Below, piece by piece: positions 48,210-57,981 of a DNA stretch of 64,000 bases. Below the pieces are notes generated by a model. It did no database searches, was not told the origin of the DNA, and saw nothing but the letters and a program-made list of their open reading frames with translations. Source of the DNA: an uncultured delta proteobacterium. GTDB taxonomy: Bacteria > Desulfobacterota > Binatia > Binatales > Binataceae. The stretch's first letter is position 1. Every line of letters starts with the position of its first letter. A program made the position numbers and the translations under genes. The stretch is taken from contig CAVRVY010000004.1 in assembly GCA_963724765.1 (NCBI GenBank), forward strand, positions 1,280,001 through 1,344,000. The letters run 5' to 3'.

Positions 48210-48960
48210 GCGCGGCAGACCGTCCCAGACAACTGCCCGGACTGCTGCCCCGGCTCCGCTCCCGGCCGCGGCCGGCGCGGAGCTGCTGCTGCGAGCCGAA
48301 GCGCTCGACAAGAGCTTTTTCGACGCCGGCCGCGAAGTCCGCGTGTTGCGAGGGCTCGAGCTGGAGGTCAAGGCGGGCGAGGAAATAGCGATCGTGGGGC
48401 AGTCGGGCACGGGCAAATCGACCCTGCTCCACGTGCTGGGAAGCCTGGAGACGCCCACCGCGGGCAAGGTGTACTTCGAGGGCCAGGACTTGTTCGCGCT
48501 CGGCGAGCGTGCGCTGGCGGAGTTTCGCAACCTCAAACTCGGCTTCGTTTTCCAGTTCCACTACCTGCTCGCCGACTTCAGCGCGCTTGAGAACGTGATG
48601 ATGCCGGCGCTGATCGCGCGGATGGCCGAGCGCGAGGCGGCGCGGCGCGCGAGTGAGGTGCTGGAGCTGGTGGGACTAGCCGACAAGCTTCATCGGCGGC
48701 CCGCCGAGCTTTCCGGGGGCGAGCAGCAGCGCGTGGCGGTGGCGCGCGCGGTGGTATTGCATCCGCGCCTGATGCTGGCCGACGAGCCGACCGGCAACCT
48801 CGATCCGCAAACCGCCGAGGAGGTTCATCAGCTCTTCCATCTGCTCAACCGGCAACTGGGCATCACCATGGTGATCGCGACCCACAATGAATCGCTGACG
48901 CGTTCGATGGGCCGTGCGCTGAGGATGCGCGACGGGCACCTGATCGAGGAGCGCGGCTAA
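48202..48960 (+). CDS. lolD: Lipoprotein-releasing ABC ATPase
   Basis: [34 protein letters not shown]. Confidence 0.93.
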   Translation: MNERGRPSQTTARTAAPAPLPAAAGAELLLRAEALDKSFFDAGREVRVLRGLELEVKAGEEIAIVGQSGTGKSTLLHVLGSLETPTAGKVYFEGQDLFALGERALAEFRNLKLGFVFQFHYLLADFSALENVMMPALIARMAEREAARRASEVLELVGLADKLHRRPAELSGGEQQRVAVARAVVLHPRLMLADEPTGNLDPQTAEEVHQLFHLLNRQLGITMVIATHNESLTRSMGRALRMRDGHLIEERG

Positions 48961-49077
48961 CTGGCGACACGGCGGTGCACAGCCCGCCGGGCATCTTGGC
49001 AGTCTCTGCCTTACTTCGGTTTACTTCACAGTAGCGATTGGTTAGCTTGGTCGCGCCTCGCACAGATGGGAAGGTGA

Positions 49078-51453
49078 TTGGTGGATTTGCGCACGTGGTG
49101 CCGCCCAGGGAAGCGCCTGGTCCATAAGTTTTTTTTATTGGTGGCGCTGATGTTTGCGGCACAAAGTGTCGGTGCGCAGCCGCGCCCGACTATCGAGCGC
49201 GTTCGCATCGTCGGTAACCAGCGTGTCGAAGAAGACGCGATCCGCATTCACATCAGCGCGCAGCCTGGCCAGCCGCTAGACGACGCGATTGTCGACCAGG
49301 ACGTCAAGTCCATCTATCGGATGGGCTTTTTCACGGACGTTCACGCCACCGTCGATCGGCAGGGCGGCCAGGCAATCCTTACCTACCACGTCAGGGAGCG
49401 GCCGCTGATTACCGACGTCCACACCGAGGGGATGAAAGAGATCAAGCCTACCGCCGACGAGGTGGTGGGCGCGATCAAGCTGCATTCGGGCGTAATCGAA
49501 GACCCGCAGCTCGTGCAATCGAGCATCCAGGCCCTGCGGCAGGTCTATCAGGACAAGGGCTATCTCGACGCCGACATCACGTTTCGCACGATTTCCGGGC
49601 CCAACAACACCGCGGTCGGCGTGTTCCACGTAAGCGAAGGGCCGCTGGTCCAGATAAGTGGCATCCGTTTCGTCGGCAACAAGGCGTTCTCGGCCAGCCG
49701 GCTGAGCGGGATGATGGAGACGCGCAAGCATAATATACTCAGCCGCATCTTCAACACCGGTACGCTCGACCGCGCCAAGCTGCAGGACGACGTCGACCGC
49801 CTGACCGCGTTTTACTACAACCACGGCTACCTGCAGGTGCATATCGGCGACCCCACCATCACCCGTCATGGCAATTCGATCATCGTCACGGTCACCATCG
49901 ACGAGGGTCCGGTCTTCAGGACCGGCAAGATAGGCGTGGCCGGCGACCTCAAGTTTCCCAAGAGCGAGCTGGCCTCCAAGCTCACGCTCAAGCCCAACAA
50001 GGTCTTCAGCGGCGCCGACATGGAACATGACGTGCTGACGCTGTCGGACTTCTACTCTGACCGCGGCTACGCCTTCGTCAACGTCGACCCGCACACTCAG
50101 ATTGACCCCGTGGCGCATCGGGTCGATATCACCTACGCGATTACTCCGGGCAATGAGGTCCTGATCGACCGCATCAAGATTACCGGCAACACCAAAACCT
50201 CGGACAAGGTGATCCGGCGCGAGATCAAGGTGCAGGAGCAGGAACCCTATTCGGCGTCGAAGATCCAGGCCTCCAAGCAGCGGCTCGATCAGCTCGGCTA
50301 CTTCCAGAGCGTGCGCCTGTCGACTGAGCCGGCGCGCCAGCCCGACAAGATCAACCTCGACGTCAACGTGCAGGAGGGCAACACCGCTTCCTTCCAGGTC
50401 GGCGGCGGCTACGACAGCGCGTCTTCGCTGTTTGGCACTTTCCTGTTGCAGAATACCAATCTCTTCGGCGGCGGCGAGTCGGCCGCCTTCAGCGCCGAAA
50501 TCGGCTTTCTGTTCCAAAACCTGAGCGTCAGCTACACCGAGCCATGGTTCCTCGACATGCCGCTCGCGGTCAGCATCCAGGGCTTCGATAATAAGCTCTA
50601 CCTCTTCAGCTTCGACCAGAGCGAAATCGGCTTTCTGATCAACAGCGGTTATCCGCTGGCCGATCTGGGACTGCGCAAGCTTGGCCCGTTCTCGCTCGAG
50701 CACATCACGGCCGGGCTGGGTTACCAGTTCGAAAGCGTGGGCATCAGCAACCTCTCGCCGTTCACCACCTACGATATCCAGAACGCCAAGGGCTTCAGCC
50801 GGGTCTCGGAAATTTTGCCCTCGCTCCGCCGCTTCACGGTCGACGACCCGAGAGACCCGCGCAGCGGTTCGGTCCAGAGCCTCGACATGGAAGTCGCCGG
50901 ACTAGGTGGTACGCCGTTCATCAAGGGCGTCCTGCACGGCCACTGGTTCTTCCCGTTCATCAAGAGCCCGAGGCTGGGCGAATGGGTTTACTCGCCTTCG
51001 TTTACGCTGGGATGGGGCACCTCGCTGGAAACCGGCACTGGCGGCAACCTGCCGCTGTACGAACGCTTTTTCCCTGGCGGTCTCAATGGCCAGGGCCAGG
51101 TGCGCGGCTACGAGATCTATTCGCTGGGTCCACAGGTAACCCTGTTCAACCAGTTCGGTCAGCCCTTCGGAGTCGAGCAGGTGGGCGGCAGCAAGGAGTT
51201 GCTGTTCAGCCAGCAGATAGGGTTCCCGATAATCGACGCGTTGGGGCTGCGTGGCAACGTGTTCCTCGATGCGGGCAATTCGTTCCTGACCCGCGAGTCG
51301 ATCAACTTCGAAGGCCTGCAGTATGCCTGGGGAGTGGGGCTGTTCTGGAAGTCGCCCTTTGGTCCGATCAATGTCGACATCGCCAAACCGATCAACCGGC
51401 GGCCCAACGATCAGTCAACGGTTTTCGATTTCGGCGCAGGGGCTCCGCTCTAG
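49078..51453 (+). CDS. bamA: Outer membrane protein assembly factor BamA
   Basis: POTRA repeats (GN..., GY), TGNTKTSDKVIRRE, VRGY loop-6 motif, SPFGPI; start approximate. Confidence 0.93.
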   Translation: MVDLRTWCRPGKRLVHKFFLLVALMFAAQSVGAQPRPTIERVRIVGNQRVEEDAIRIHISAQPGQPLDDAIVDQDVKSIYRMGFFTDVHATVDRQGGQAILTYHVRERPLITDVHTEGMKEIKPTADEVVGAIKLHSGVIEDPQLVQSSIQALRQVYQDKGYLDADITFRTISGPNNTAVGVFHVSEGPLVQISGIRFVGNKAFSASRLSGMMETRKHNILSRIFNTGTLDRAKLQDDVDRLTAFYYNHGYLQVHIGDPTITRHGNSIIVTVTIDEGPVFRTGKIGVAGDLKFPKSELASKLTLKPNKVFSGADMEHDVLTLSDFYSDRGYAFVNVDPHTQIDPVAHRVDITYAITPGNEVLIDRIKITGNTKTSDKVIRREIKVQEQEPYSASKIQASKQRLDQLGYFQSVRLSTEPARQPDKINLDVNVQEGNTASFQVGGGYDSASSLFGTFLLQNTNLFGGGESAAFSAEIGFLFQNLSVSYTEPWFLDMPLAVSIQGFDNKLYLFSFDQSEIGFLINSGYPLADLGLRKLGPFSLEHITAGLGYQFESVGISNLSPFTTYDIQNAKGFSRVSEILPSLRRFTVDDPRDPRSGSVQSLDMEVAGLGGTPFIKGVLHGHWFFPFIKSPRLGEWVYSPSFTLGWGTSLETGTGGNLPLYERFFPGGLNGQGQVRGYEIYSLGPQVTLFNQFGQPFGVEQVGGSKELLFSQQIGFPIIDALGLRGNVFLDAGNSFLTRESINFEGLQYAWGVGLFWKSPFGPINVDIAKPINRRPNDQSTVFDFGAGAPL

Positions 51454-51603
51454 CGCAAGAGGCCCCGGTCTAGCGTAGGACGCGCCAAATCAGCTTAAAT
51501 GTCGTCAGACGTTTTCCGCGCCCCCCGGATATCACCCAAAGCGGCGCGAGTTCGCCAGTCAGCACTCGTGGCAAGTAGTCTTAGTGGGAGGGTCGTTATT
51601 TCG

Positions 51604-52260
51604 ATGAGGCAAGGTCTGATTTGTGGGGCGATGCTCCTGTTCATGGCTGCCGCGATCCCCGCGCGCGCGGAAGTCAAAATCGCGTACGTCGACATCCAAC
51701 GCGCGCTCAACGAATGCAACAACGGCAAGCGCGCGCGATCCAACATCCGCGTCGAGGCCGAACGCGCGCAGGTGAGACTCCAACGCGAGCAATCCGAGGC
51801 GCAGGCGCTCAAGGACGAACTCGACAAGAAGGGCATGCTGATGCCGCCCGACCAGCGTCAGAACCTCGAGGACGAGCTGGCCAAGAAGGCGCGCACGTTC
51901 CAGGACGACGTGAAAAACGAGCGCGACGAGCTTCATCAGAAGGATAACGAGGCCACCGCCGCCATCGTGCGCGACCTCGCCACCGTGGTCCACCGACTGG
52001 GAGAAAGAGCCGGCTACACCGTGGTGATGGAGAAGGGCGGATTGCTGTGGGCCATCCCCTCAGCCGACATCACCGATCAGGTCATCCGCTCCTACGACTC
52101 GATGAACGTCAAGGCCGGCACGCTTGCGCCCGATCCGCGATGGAGCGGGGCGGGTCCGCAGGCAGCGTCGGCCGGCGGCGGAGCGGCCGAGCCCGAAAGC
52201 GGTGAGGACACAAGTAGCAGCGCCGGTTCCACCCGCAAGCGTTCGAGTATCTCGAGGTAA
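51604..52260 (+). CDS. skp: Skp/OmpH periplasmic chaperone
   Basis: Signal peptide, KIAYVDIQR, coiled coil, DITDQVI; follows bamA. Confidence 0.9.
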   Translation: MRQGLICGAMLLFMAAAIPARAEVKIAYVDIQRALNECNNGKRARSNIRVEAERAQVRLQREQSEAQALKDELDKKGMLMPPDQRQNLEDELAKKARTFQDDVKNERDELHQKDNEATAAIVRDLATVVHRLGERAGYTVVMEKGGLLWAIPSADITDQVIRSYDSMNVKAGTLAPDPRWSGAGPQAASAGGGAAEPESGEDTSSSAGSTRKRSSISR

Positions 52261-52270
52261 CAGCCGCGCC

Positions 52271-52771
52271 GTGAATGGCGATTCATCCTCGCCCGACCTC
52301 GCCGGCCTGCTGCGCCAGCTGCCGCATCGTTACCCGTTCCTGATGGTCGACCGGGTGTTGGAGTTGGGCGACAACCGGGTGCTCACGCTTAAGAACGTAA
52401 GTATCGACGAGCCCTTCTTCAACGGTCATTTTCCCGGACGCCCGGTGATGCCGGGGGTCCTGGTGGTCGAGGCGATGGCGCAATCGGGCGCGCTGCTCGC
52501 GCTCGGCCTTATGAACGCCGCAAACACGAACATCGAAAAGATGAGCGCCGAGATGAGCGCGCAGCGCCCGGCCGCGCTGTTCATGCTCACCGGCATCGAC
52601 CGGCTGCGTCTGCGCCGCCCCGTGGTGCCCGGCGATCAGTTGCGGATAGAGGTGCGGCTGCTCAAGCATCATCGCCCGCTGTGGAAGATGCACGCCGAGG
52701 CGCGGGTGGACGGCGAACTGGTGGCCGAGGCCGACTTGTCAGCGATGGAAGTCCAGGAGTCAACGCCATAG
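52271..52771 (+). CDS. fabZ: 3-hydroxyacyl-ACP dehydratase
   Basis: LPHRYPFLMVDRV, FFNGHFP..PVMPGVLVVEAMAQ. Confidence 0.95.
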   Translation: MNGDSSSPDLAGLLRQLPHRYPFLMVDRVLELGDNRVLTLKNVSIDEPFFNGHFPGRPVMPGVLVVEAMAQSGALLALGLMNAANTNIEKMSAEMSAQRPAALFMLTGIDRLRLRRPVVPGDQLRIEVRLLKHHRPLWKMHAEARVDGELVAEADLSAMEVQESTP

Positions 52772-53559
52772 CCGGGCGCATCCATCCAAGCGCCGTCATC
52801 GACCGGCGCGCCGAACTCGATTCCAGCGTCGAGGTCGGCCCGGGAACGGTCATCGGCCCCGAAGTACGCATCGGTGCCGCCACCCAGATCGGCCCTTACG
52901 CGGTTATCGAAGGCCATACCACAATTGGCGCGCGCAACCGGATTTTTCAGTTCTCCTCGATCGGCGCCGCGCCGCAGGACCTCAAGTATCACGACGAGCC
53001 CTCGCGCCTGGAAATCGGCGACGACAACCGCATCCGCGAGTTCACCACCATCCATCGCGGCACCGAGGGCGGCGGGATGCTCACGCGCATCGGCAACTAC
53101 GTGCTGGTGATGAACTACGTGCACGTCGCACACGACTGCCTCATCGGCGACCATTCTATCCTGGCCAACTCGACCGAGATCGCCGGCCACTGCGTGCTCG
53201 ACGAATGGGTCGTCACCGCCGGGATGTGCGGCATCCATCAGTTCAGCCGCATCGGCGCGCACGCGATGCTCGCGGCCGGCTCCAAGGTCGCGCAGGACGT
53301 GCCGCCGTACGCGATGGTCGCGGGCGACCGCGCCCGCATGGTCGGGATCAATGCCGTCGGGCTGGAGCGCCGCGGCTTTCGCCCCGGGGTCGTCGCCGCT
53401 TTGCGGGCTGCCTTCCGCACGCTGTTCTATTCCAAGCTGCTGCGCGAAGATGCGCTCACGCAGGTGCTCGACGAGCACGGCACACTGCCCGAGGTCCGCC
53501 GGCTGGTCGATTTCATCCGCGCCTCCGAGCGCGGCGTGGTAAGCCGCGACCGTGAATAA
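52768..53559 (+). CDS. lpxA: UDP-GlcNAc acyltransferase LpxA (probable ATA start)
   Basis: IHPSAVI hexapeptide repeats, PQDLKY, IREFTTIHRGT, HVAHDC, HQF. Confidence 0.94.
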   Translation: MAGRIHPSAVIDRRAELDSSVEVGPGTVIGPEVRIGAATQIGPYAVIEGHTTIGARNRIFQFSSIGAAPQDLKYHDEPSRLEIGDDNRIREFTTIHRGTEGGGMLTRIGNYVLVMNYVHVAHDCLIGDHSILANSTEIAGHCVLDEWVVTAGMCGIHQFSRIGAHAMLAAGSKVAQDVPPYAMVAGDRARMVGINAVGLERRGFRPGVVAALRAAFRTLFYSKLLREDALTQVLDEHGTLPEVRRLVDFIRASERGVVSRDRE

Positions 53560-54409
53560 GCTCGGAATCATCGCCGGCAACGGAGTCTTCCCCCTCGAGG
53601 TCGCGACGGCGGCGCGCCGGCGCGGCTACACGGTGGTCGCGGTCGCGCATCGCGGCGAGACCGACGAGCGGCTGGCCGCGCTGTGCGAGGAGATAACCTG
53701 GATCCGCGTGGGCGAGCTGCAAACCATGATCGACACGTTCAAACGTGCCGGCGTCACCGAGGCCGCGATGGCGGGCGGAATTGCGCGCGCGCGCCTGGGC
53801 GAATCGTTCGCGCCCGACGCGCGGGCGATCACGATGCTCGCGCGCGTGGGCCGCTTCAGCGACGACGCGCTGTTGCGCGCCGTCGCGGCCGAGGTGGAAT
53901 CGGACGGCATCGCGATGATCGATCCGGTGCCGCTGCTCGACAACGCGCTCGCGGGGCGCGGCCGGATGGCCGGGCCCGAGCCCAGCGCGGCGCAGCTCAA
54001 GGATCTGCGATTGGCCTTCGGCGTGATGCGCGCGCTCGGCAGCTTCGACGTGGGCCAGGCCGCCGCGGTACGCGACGGCGTGGTGGGCGCGATCGAGGCG
54101 GTCGAGGGTACCGACGCAGCGCTGCGCCGCGCGGCGGCACTATGTGGCCGCGGCCTGGTCGTCGCCAAGGCGGCCAAGCCGGGCCAGGACCTGCGCTTCG
54201 ACCGCCCCGCGATCGGGCCGGCGACGATCGATCTCCTGAGCGAAATCGGCGCCGCGATGATCGGCGTCGAAGCCGGGCAGGCGCTGATTCTCGAACGCGC
54301 GCGCACGCTCGCCGCCGCCGCCAGCGCCGGAATCACGGTATGGGGCGATGCCGGGGAACGGGGCGCGGAAGCTGGCGCAGAAACTGGCACAGAATCTGAC
54401 AATGGATGA
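53552..54409 (+). CDS. lpxI: UDP-2,3-diacylglucosamine pyrophosphatase LpxI
   Basis: LGIIAGNGVFP, DVGQ, AIEAVEGTD, KPGQDLRFD.PAIG. Confidence 0.92.
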   Translation: MNKLGIIAGNGVFPLEVATAARRRGYTVVAVAHRGETDERLAALCEEITWIRVGELQTMIDTFKRAGVTEAAMAGGIARARLGESFAPDARAITMLARVGRFSDDALLRAVAAEVESDGIAMIDPVPLLDNALAGRGRMAGPEPSAAQLKDLRLAFGVMRALGSFDVGQAAAVRDGVVGAIEAVEGTDAALRRAAALCGRGLVVAKAAKPGQDLRFDRPAIGPATIDLLSEIGAAMIGVEAGQALILERARTLAAAASAGITVWGDAGERGAEAGAETGTESDNG

Positions 54410-55355
54410 GATTCGCGTGGCCGTGGTCGGCGCCGGCCGGCTTGGCGCGCTGCACGCGCTCAAGTACGCGGGGCTCGCCGGCGTCCGGCTGACCCACGTC
54501 GTCGACGTCGACCCCGCGCACGCACGCGACACCGCCGAGCGTCACGGCGCGGCGGCGCTCGCGGACTATCGCGATCTCAAGGGCCAGGTCACGGCCGTCA
54601 GCGTCGCTGCGCCCGGCAGTCTCCATCACGAGATCGCATCGTGGCTGCTCGCCAACGGCATTGACGTGCTGCTCGAAAAACCGATGGCGGCGAGCGTGCA
54701 CGAGGCGCGTGAACTGGCCGTGCTGGCCGAGCGTAACGGCCGCATCCTGCAGATCGGCCATCTCGAGCGCTTCAACCCTGCGATCGTCGAACTGCGCCCG
54801 ATGGTCCGCGGGCCGCGCTTCATCGAATGCCTGCGCGTCGCTCCGTTCACCGAGCGCGGCACCGACGTCGACGTGATCCTCGATTTGATGGTGCACGACC
54901 TCGACGTCATCCTGACGCTCACCACGGCCGAGGTCGCGGCGGTCGAGGCGATCGGCGTCGCAGTCCTGACCGAGCAGGTCGACGTCGCCAATGCGCGGCT
55001 ACGTTTTAGCGACGGGCTTATCGCCAATCTCAACACCAGCCGCGTCGCGCCGCGCCGCGAACGCAAGATCAGACTCTTCCAGCCCGACGCCTACCTCTCC
55101 GTCGACTACGAAGCGCGCCGCATCCAGGTCTACCGCAAGTCGCCGCCGCCGCCCGGCGGGATTTATCCGGAAATTTCCGCTCAGCAGATCGATCTCGGCG
55201 AGGGCGATCCGCTGGCTGACGAGATCGCCGCTTTCGCCGCTTCGGTGCGCACGCGCCGCTCACCGGCGGTCACTGCGCTCGACGGTTTGCGCGTAATGGA
55301 AGTGAGCGAGCGCATCCGCGACGCGATGCGCGCCGAAGCGGGCACGCGCAGTTGA
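54402..55355 (+). CDS. Gfo/Idh/MocA oxidoreductase, probably GnnA (UDP-GlcNAc 3-dehydrogenase)
   Basis: VVGAGRLG, LLEKP, QIGHLERFNP, DVDVILDLMVHDLD; lies between lpxA/lpxI and lpxB. Confidence 0.8.
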   Translation: MDEIRVAVVGAGRLGALHALKYAGLAGVRLTHVVDVDPAHARDTAERHGAAALADYRDLKGQVTAVSVAAPGSLHHEIASWLLANGIDVLLEKPMAASVHEARELAVLAERNGRILQIGHLERFNPAIVELRPMVRGPRFIECLRVAPFTERGTDVDVILDLMVHDLDVILTLTTAEVAAVEAIGVAVLTEQVDVANARLRFSDGLIANLNTSRVAPRRERKIRLFQPDAYLSVDYEARRIQVYRKSPPPPGGIYPEISAQQIDLGEGDPLADEIAAFAASVRTRRSPAVTALDGLRVMEVSERIRDAMRAEAGTRS

Positions 55356-55393
55356 CGCGTCGCCACTGCCGCGCAAGCATCATCACATCCGGC

Positions 55394-56029
55394 ATGAGGC
55401 TCCGATCCACAATTGCGATGCTAGCGATTGCCGCGGGATTGGCGACAACCCTCGCGACAGCGCTTACCATTGGACTTGCGGGCTGCTCGTCCCACCCCAC
55501 CGACGTCGTCGAACCTGGCTCTTACGCCGCCGCCAATTCAAGCGATTGTCTGCCCGCAGTTACGCTTGTGGACCAGCACGGCCACGACGTCACGCTCGCT
55601 TCGCTCAAGGGCCGTTCCGTGCTGATCGATTTCATCTACACCGCCTGTCCAGGGCCGTGCCCGCTGATGACCTCGCGGATGGCCGCGGTGGCCAAGCTGC
55701 TGGGACCGAAGCTTGGCAGTCAAGTGACCTTTGTCTCGATATCGATCGATCCTGAGCATGACCGGCCGGCCGAACTCGAGAAGTACGCACGCGAACGCGG
55801 CGCCGACGATGCGGGATGGCTTTTTCTGACCGGAACGCCCGCGCAGATCGATCAAGTGCTCGCGCTTTATCATCTGAAGCGCCTGCGCAATCCCGACGGC
55901 ACTGTGAATCATGCGGCGGCGAGCTTTCTACTCGGCCCCGACGGCCATCAGGTGCGCCAATATCAGCCGCTGGAGGTCAAGGCCTCCGCCGTCGTGGCGG
56001 ATATCGATCGAGTGCTCGGCCGAAGTTAG
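55394..56029 (+). CDS. SCO/SenC-family copper-binding lipoprotein
   Basis: Lipobox LAGC; FIYTACPGPCP, ISIDPEHD, WLFLTG, conserved His; start uncertain. Confidence 0.88.
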   Translation: MRLRSTIAMLAIAAGLATTLATALTIGLAGCSSHPTDVVEPGSYAAANSSDCLPAVTLVDQHGHDVTLASLKGRSVLIDFIYTACPGPCPLMTSRMAAVAKLLGPKLGSQVTFVSISIDPEHDRPAELEKYARERGADDAGWLFLTGTPAQIDQVLALYHLKRLRNPDGTVNHAAASFLLGPDGHQVRQYQPLEVKASAVVADIDRVLGRS

Positions 56030-56038
56030 CCGAGCACC

Positions 56039-56491
56039 TCAGCTATGGTTAGGCAAATGGCGGCTGGGATGGCGGACCACCATCACCGGAACATTCGCGC
56101 TGCGCAGGATTTTATCGACCGTACCGCCGAGCAACAGGTTGCGCAGCGAGCCGCCGCCATGCGTACCCATCACGATCACGCCGGCATGCTTTTCCTCGGC
56201 CGTCTTGAGAATTTCCAGCGGCGCCTCGCCCTCCTTGGTGGAAAGCTCGAAGTTGGTGAAGCCCGCCAGGACGTCGTCGAAACGATGGATCAATTCGTGA
56301 ACTTTCTTAATCGCGTTCGCTACGAGTGCGGGATATTCGCCGTGCGGCTCGCCGTAAAGATGCTCGAGCGGATTCTCGATCACGTGAAGGATGAACAGCT
56401 TGGTGCTGCACAGCTCGGCGAGCGTCCGCGCGTAGGTCAGGGCGTAGCCTGAATCCTCGGAGAAGTCCGTCGCGAAGAGAACGTTTTCCAT
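56039..56491 (-). CDS. Universal stress protein
   Basis: VLFATDFS, IVMGTHG...LLGGTVDKILRSANVPVMVV. Confidence 0.92.
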   Translation of the reverse strand: MENVLFATDFSEDSGYALTYARTLAELCSTKLFILHVIENPLEHLYGEPHGEYPALVANAIKKVHELIHRFDDVLAGFTNFELSTKEGEAPLEILKTAEEKHAGVIVMGTHGGGSLRNLLLGGTVDKILRSANVPVMVVRHPSRHLPNHS

Positions 56492-56722
56492 CTTCACCAC
56501 AGCTTGGCTCCCACTATCCGGGCCGCTCGCGCGAGGCACGCCCGCTTCAACATAGATCTCGATAGATCTCGCGCGAAAATTACTTTGTTTACCGTCTAAC
56601 TGCAAGCCAGACACGGTTCAAAGCTGCAGGGTGTCAAAGAATCTGCCCGCGAGCGTTGCCGATAACGCTAAGGCTGGCGAGCCGTGTGGCGCGCGGCGCG
56701 CTTTTCCAGCACAATTCATCCG

Positions 56723-57901
56723 ATGAGCGCGACTCCCTGGGAACAATCGCCAGCCGCCCCCGCCTCGCCTCGACGCCGTCGCGTGATGATTGTCGCCGGC
56801 GAGGCCTCCGGCGACCTCCACGGCGCCGACCTCGCCGCGCAGATTTTCGCCCGCGATCCCCAGTGCGATCTGTTCGGCGTCGCCGGCGAGCGGATGCGCG
56901 CGGCCGGCGTCCGCGCGCTCACCCGCACCGAGGACATCGCCGGCCTCGGCCTTGCCGAACTCGCTTCGACCATCTGGAGCACGCTCGGCGTGCTGCGCAA
57001 GCTCAAGGCCTTGCTGCATAGCGAGCGGCCCGACCTCGTCATCCTTATCGACTTCGCCGAGTTCAACATGTCGCTCGCGCGTGCCGCCAAACGCTCCGGT
57101 GTCCCAGTGCTGTACTACATCACGCCCCAGGTCTGGGCGTGGCGGCGCGGCCGCGTGGCCCGCATCATCGAGCGCACCGACCGGCTCGCCGTAGTGCTGC
57201 CATTCGAGGCCGAACTCTACGCAGGAGCCGGCCCGCGCGTCACCTTCGTCGGCCATCCGCTGCTCGACCGCGTCGCGCCCGCGCAGGATCGCCCGGCCAC
57301 GCTCAAACGCCACGGACTGCCGGCTCACGCGCGACTGCTGGCGCTATTGCCCGGCAGCCGGCGCGGCGAGGTACGTTACCTGCTGCGCCCGATGGTCGAG
57401 GCGGCGCGCGTGCTCGAGGCCGATCATGGTCTCACTGCGGTGATCGCGCTCGCGCCGACGCTCACGCTCGCACAACTGCGCGAAGAAGGCCGAGTCAACC
57501 TCGACGGTATCCGCGTCATAGACGGCGATACCTACAGTATCGTCGCGGCGAGCGAGCTTGCGCTTGCGGCCTCTGGTACGGCGACGCTCGAGACCGCGCT
57601 TTTGGGCTGCCCGATGGTGGTGGCGTACAAGATGTCGCCGCTGACCTACGCGCTCGCGCGGGTGCTAGTGCGCGGAGTCGATTTCATCGCGATGCCTAAT
57701 ATTCTGGCCGGACGCGAAATCGTGCCCGAGCTTATCCAGGGCCGAGTCAATGTGCGCAACCTGGTGCGCGCGGCAGAGAACCTGATGGTCGAGCCGCTGC
57801 GCACCGAGACGCGCGACGCGCTGCTGGCGCTGCGCGCTCGCCTCGGCGAGCCGGGAGCTGCCGCGCGCGTCGCCGCGATCGCGCTGGAAATGATGGCGTA
57901 A
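56723..57901 (+). CDS. lpxB: Lipid A disaccharide synthase
   Basis: VAGEASGDLHG, PQVWAWR, FVGHPL, LLPGSR, SGTATLE. Confidence 0.96.
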   Translation: MSATPWEQSPAAPASPRRRRVMIVAGEASGDLHGADLAAQIFARDPQCDLFGVAGERMRAAGVRALTRTEDIAGLGLAELASTIWSTLGVLRKLKALLHSERPDLVILIDFAEFNMSLARAAKRSGVPVLYYITPQVWAWRRGRVARIIERTDRLAVVLPFEAELYAGAGPRVTFVGHPLLDRVAPAQDRPATLKRHGLPAHARLLALLPGSRRGEVRYLLRPMVEAARVLEADHGLTAVIALAPTLTLAQLREEGRVNLDGIRVIDGDTYSIVAASELALAASGTATLETALLGCPMVVAYKMSPLTYALARVLVRGVDFIAMPNILAGREIVPELIQGRVNVRNLVRAAENLMVEPLRTETRDALLALRARLGEPGAAARVAAIALEMMA

Positions 57902-57981
57902 AGTCCGCCGGGGCGACGGACCGCGGCCGCGCCGTATCGGCAGCCGGCGGGCGACCATCGCGTCAACTCGGCGGTAGTGGG

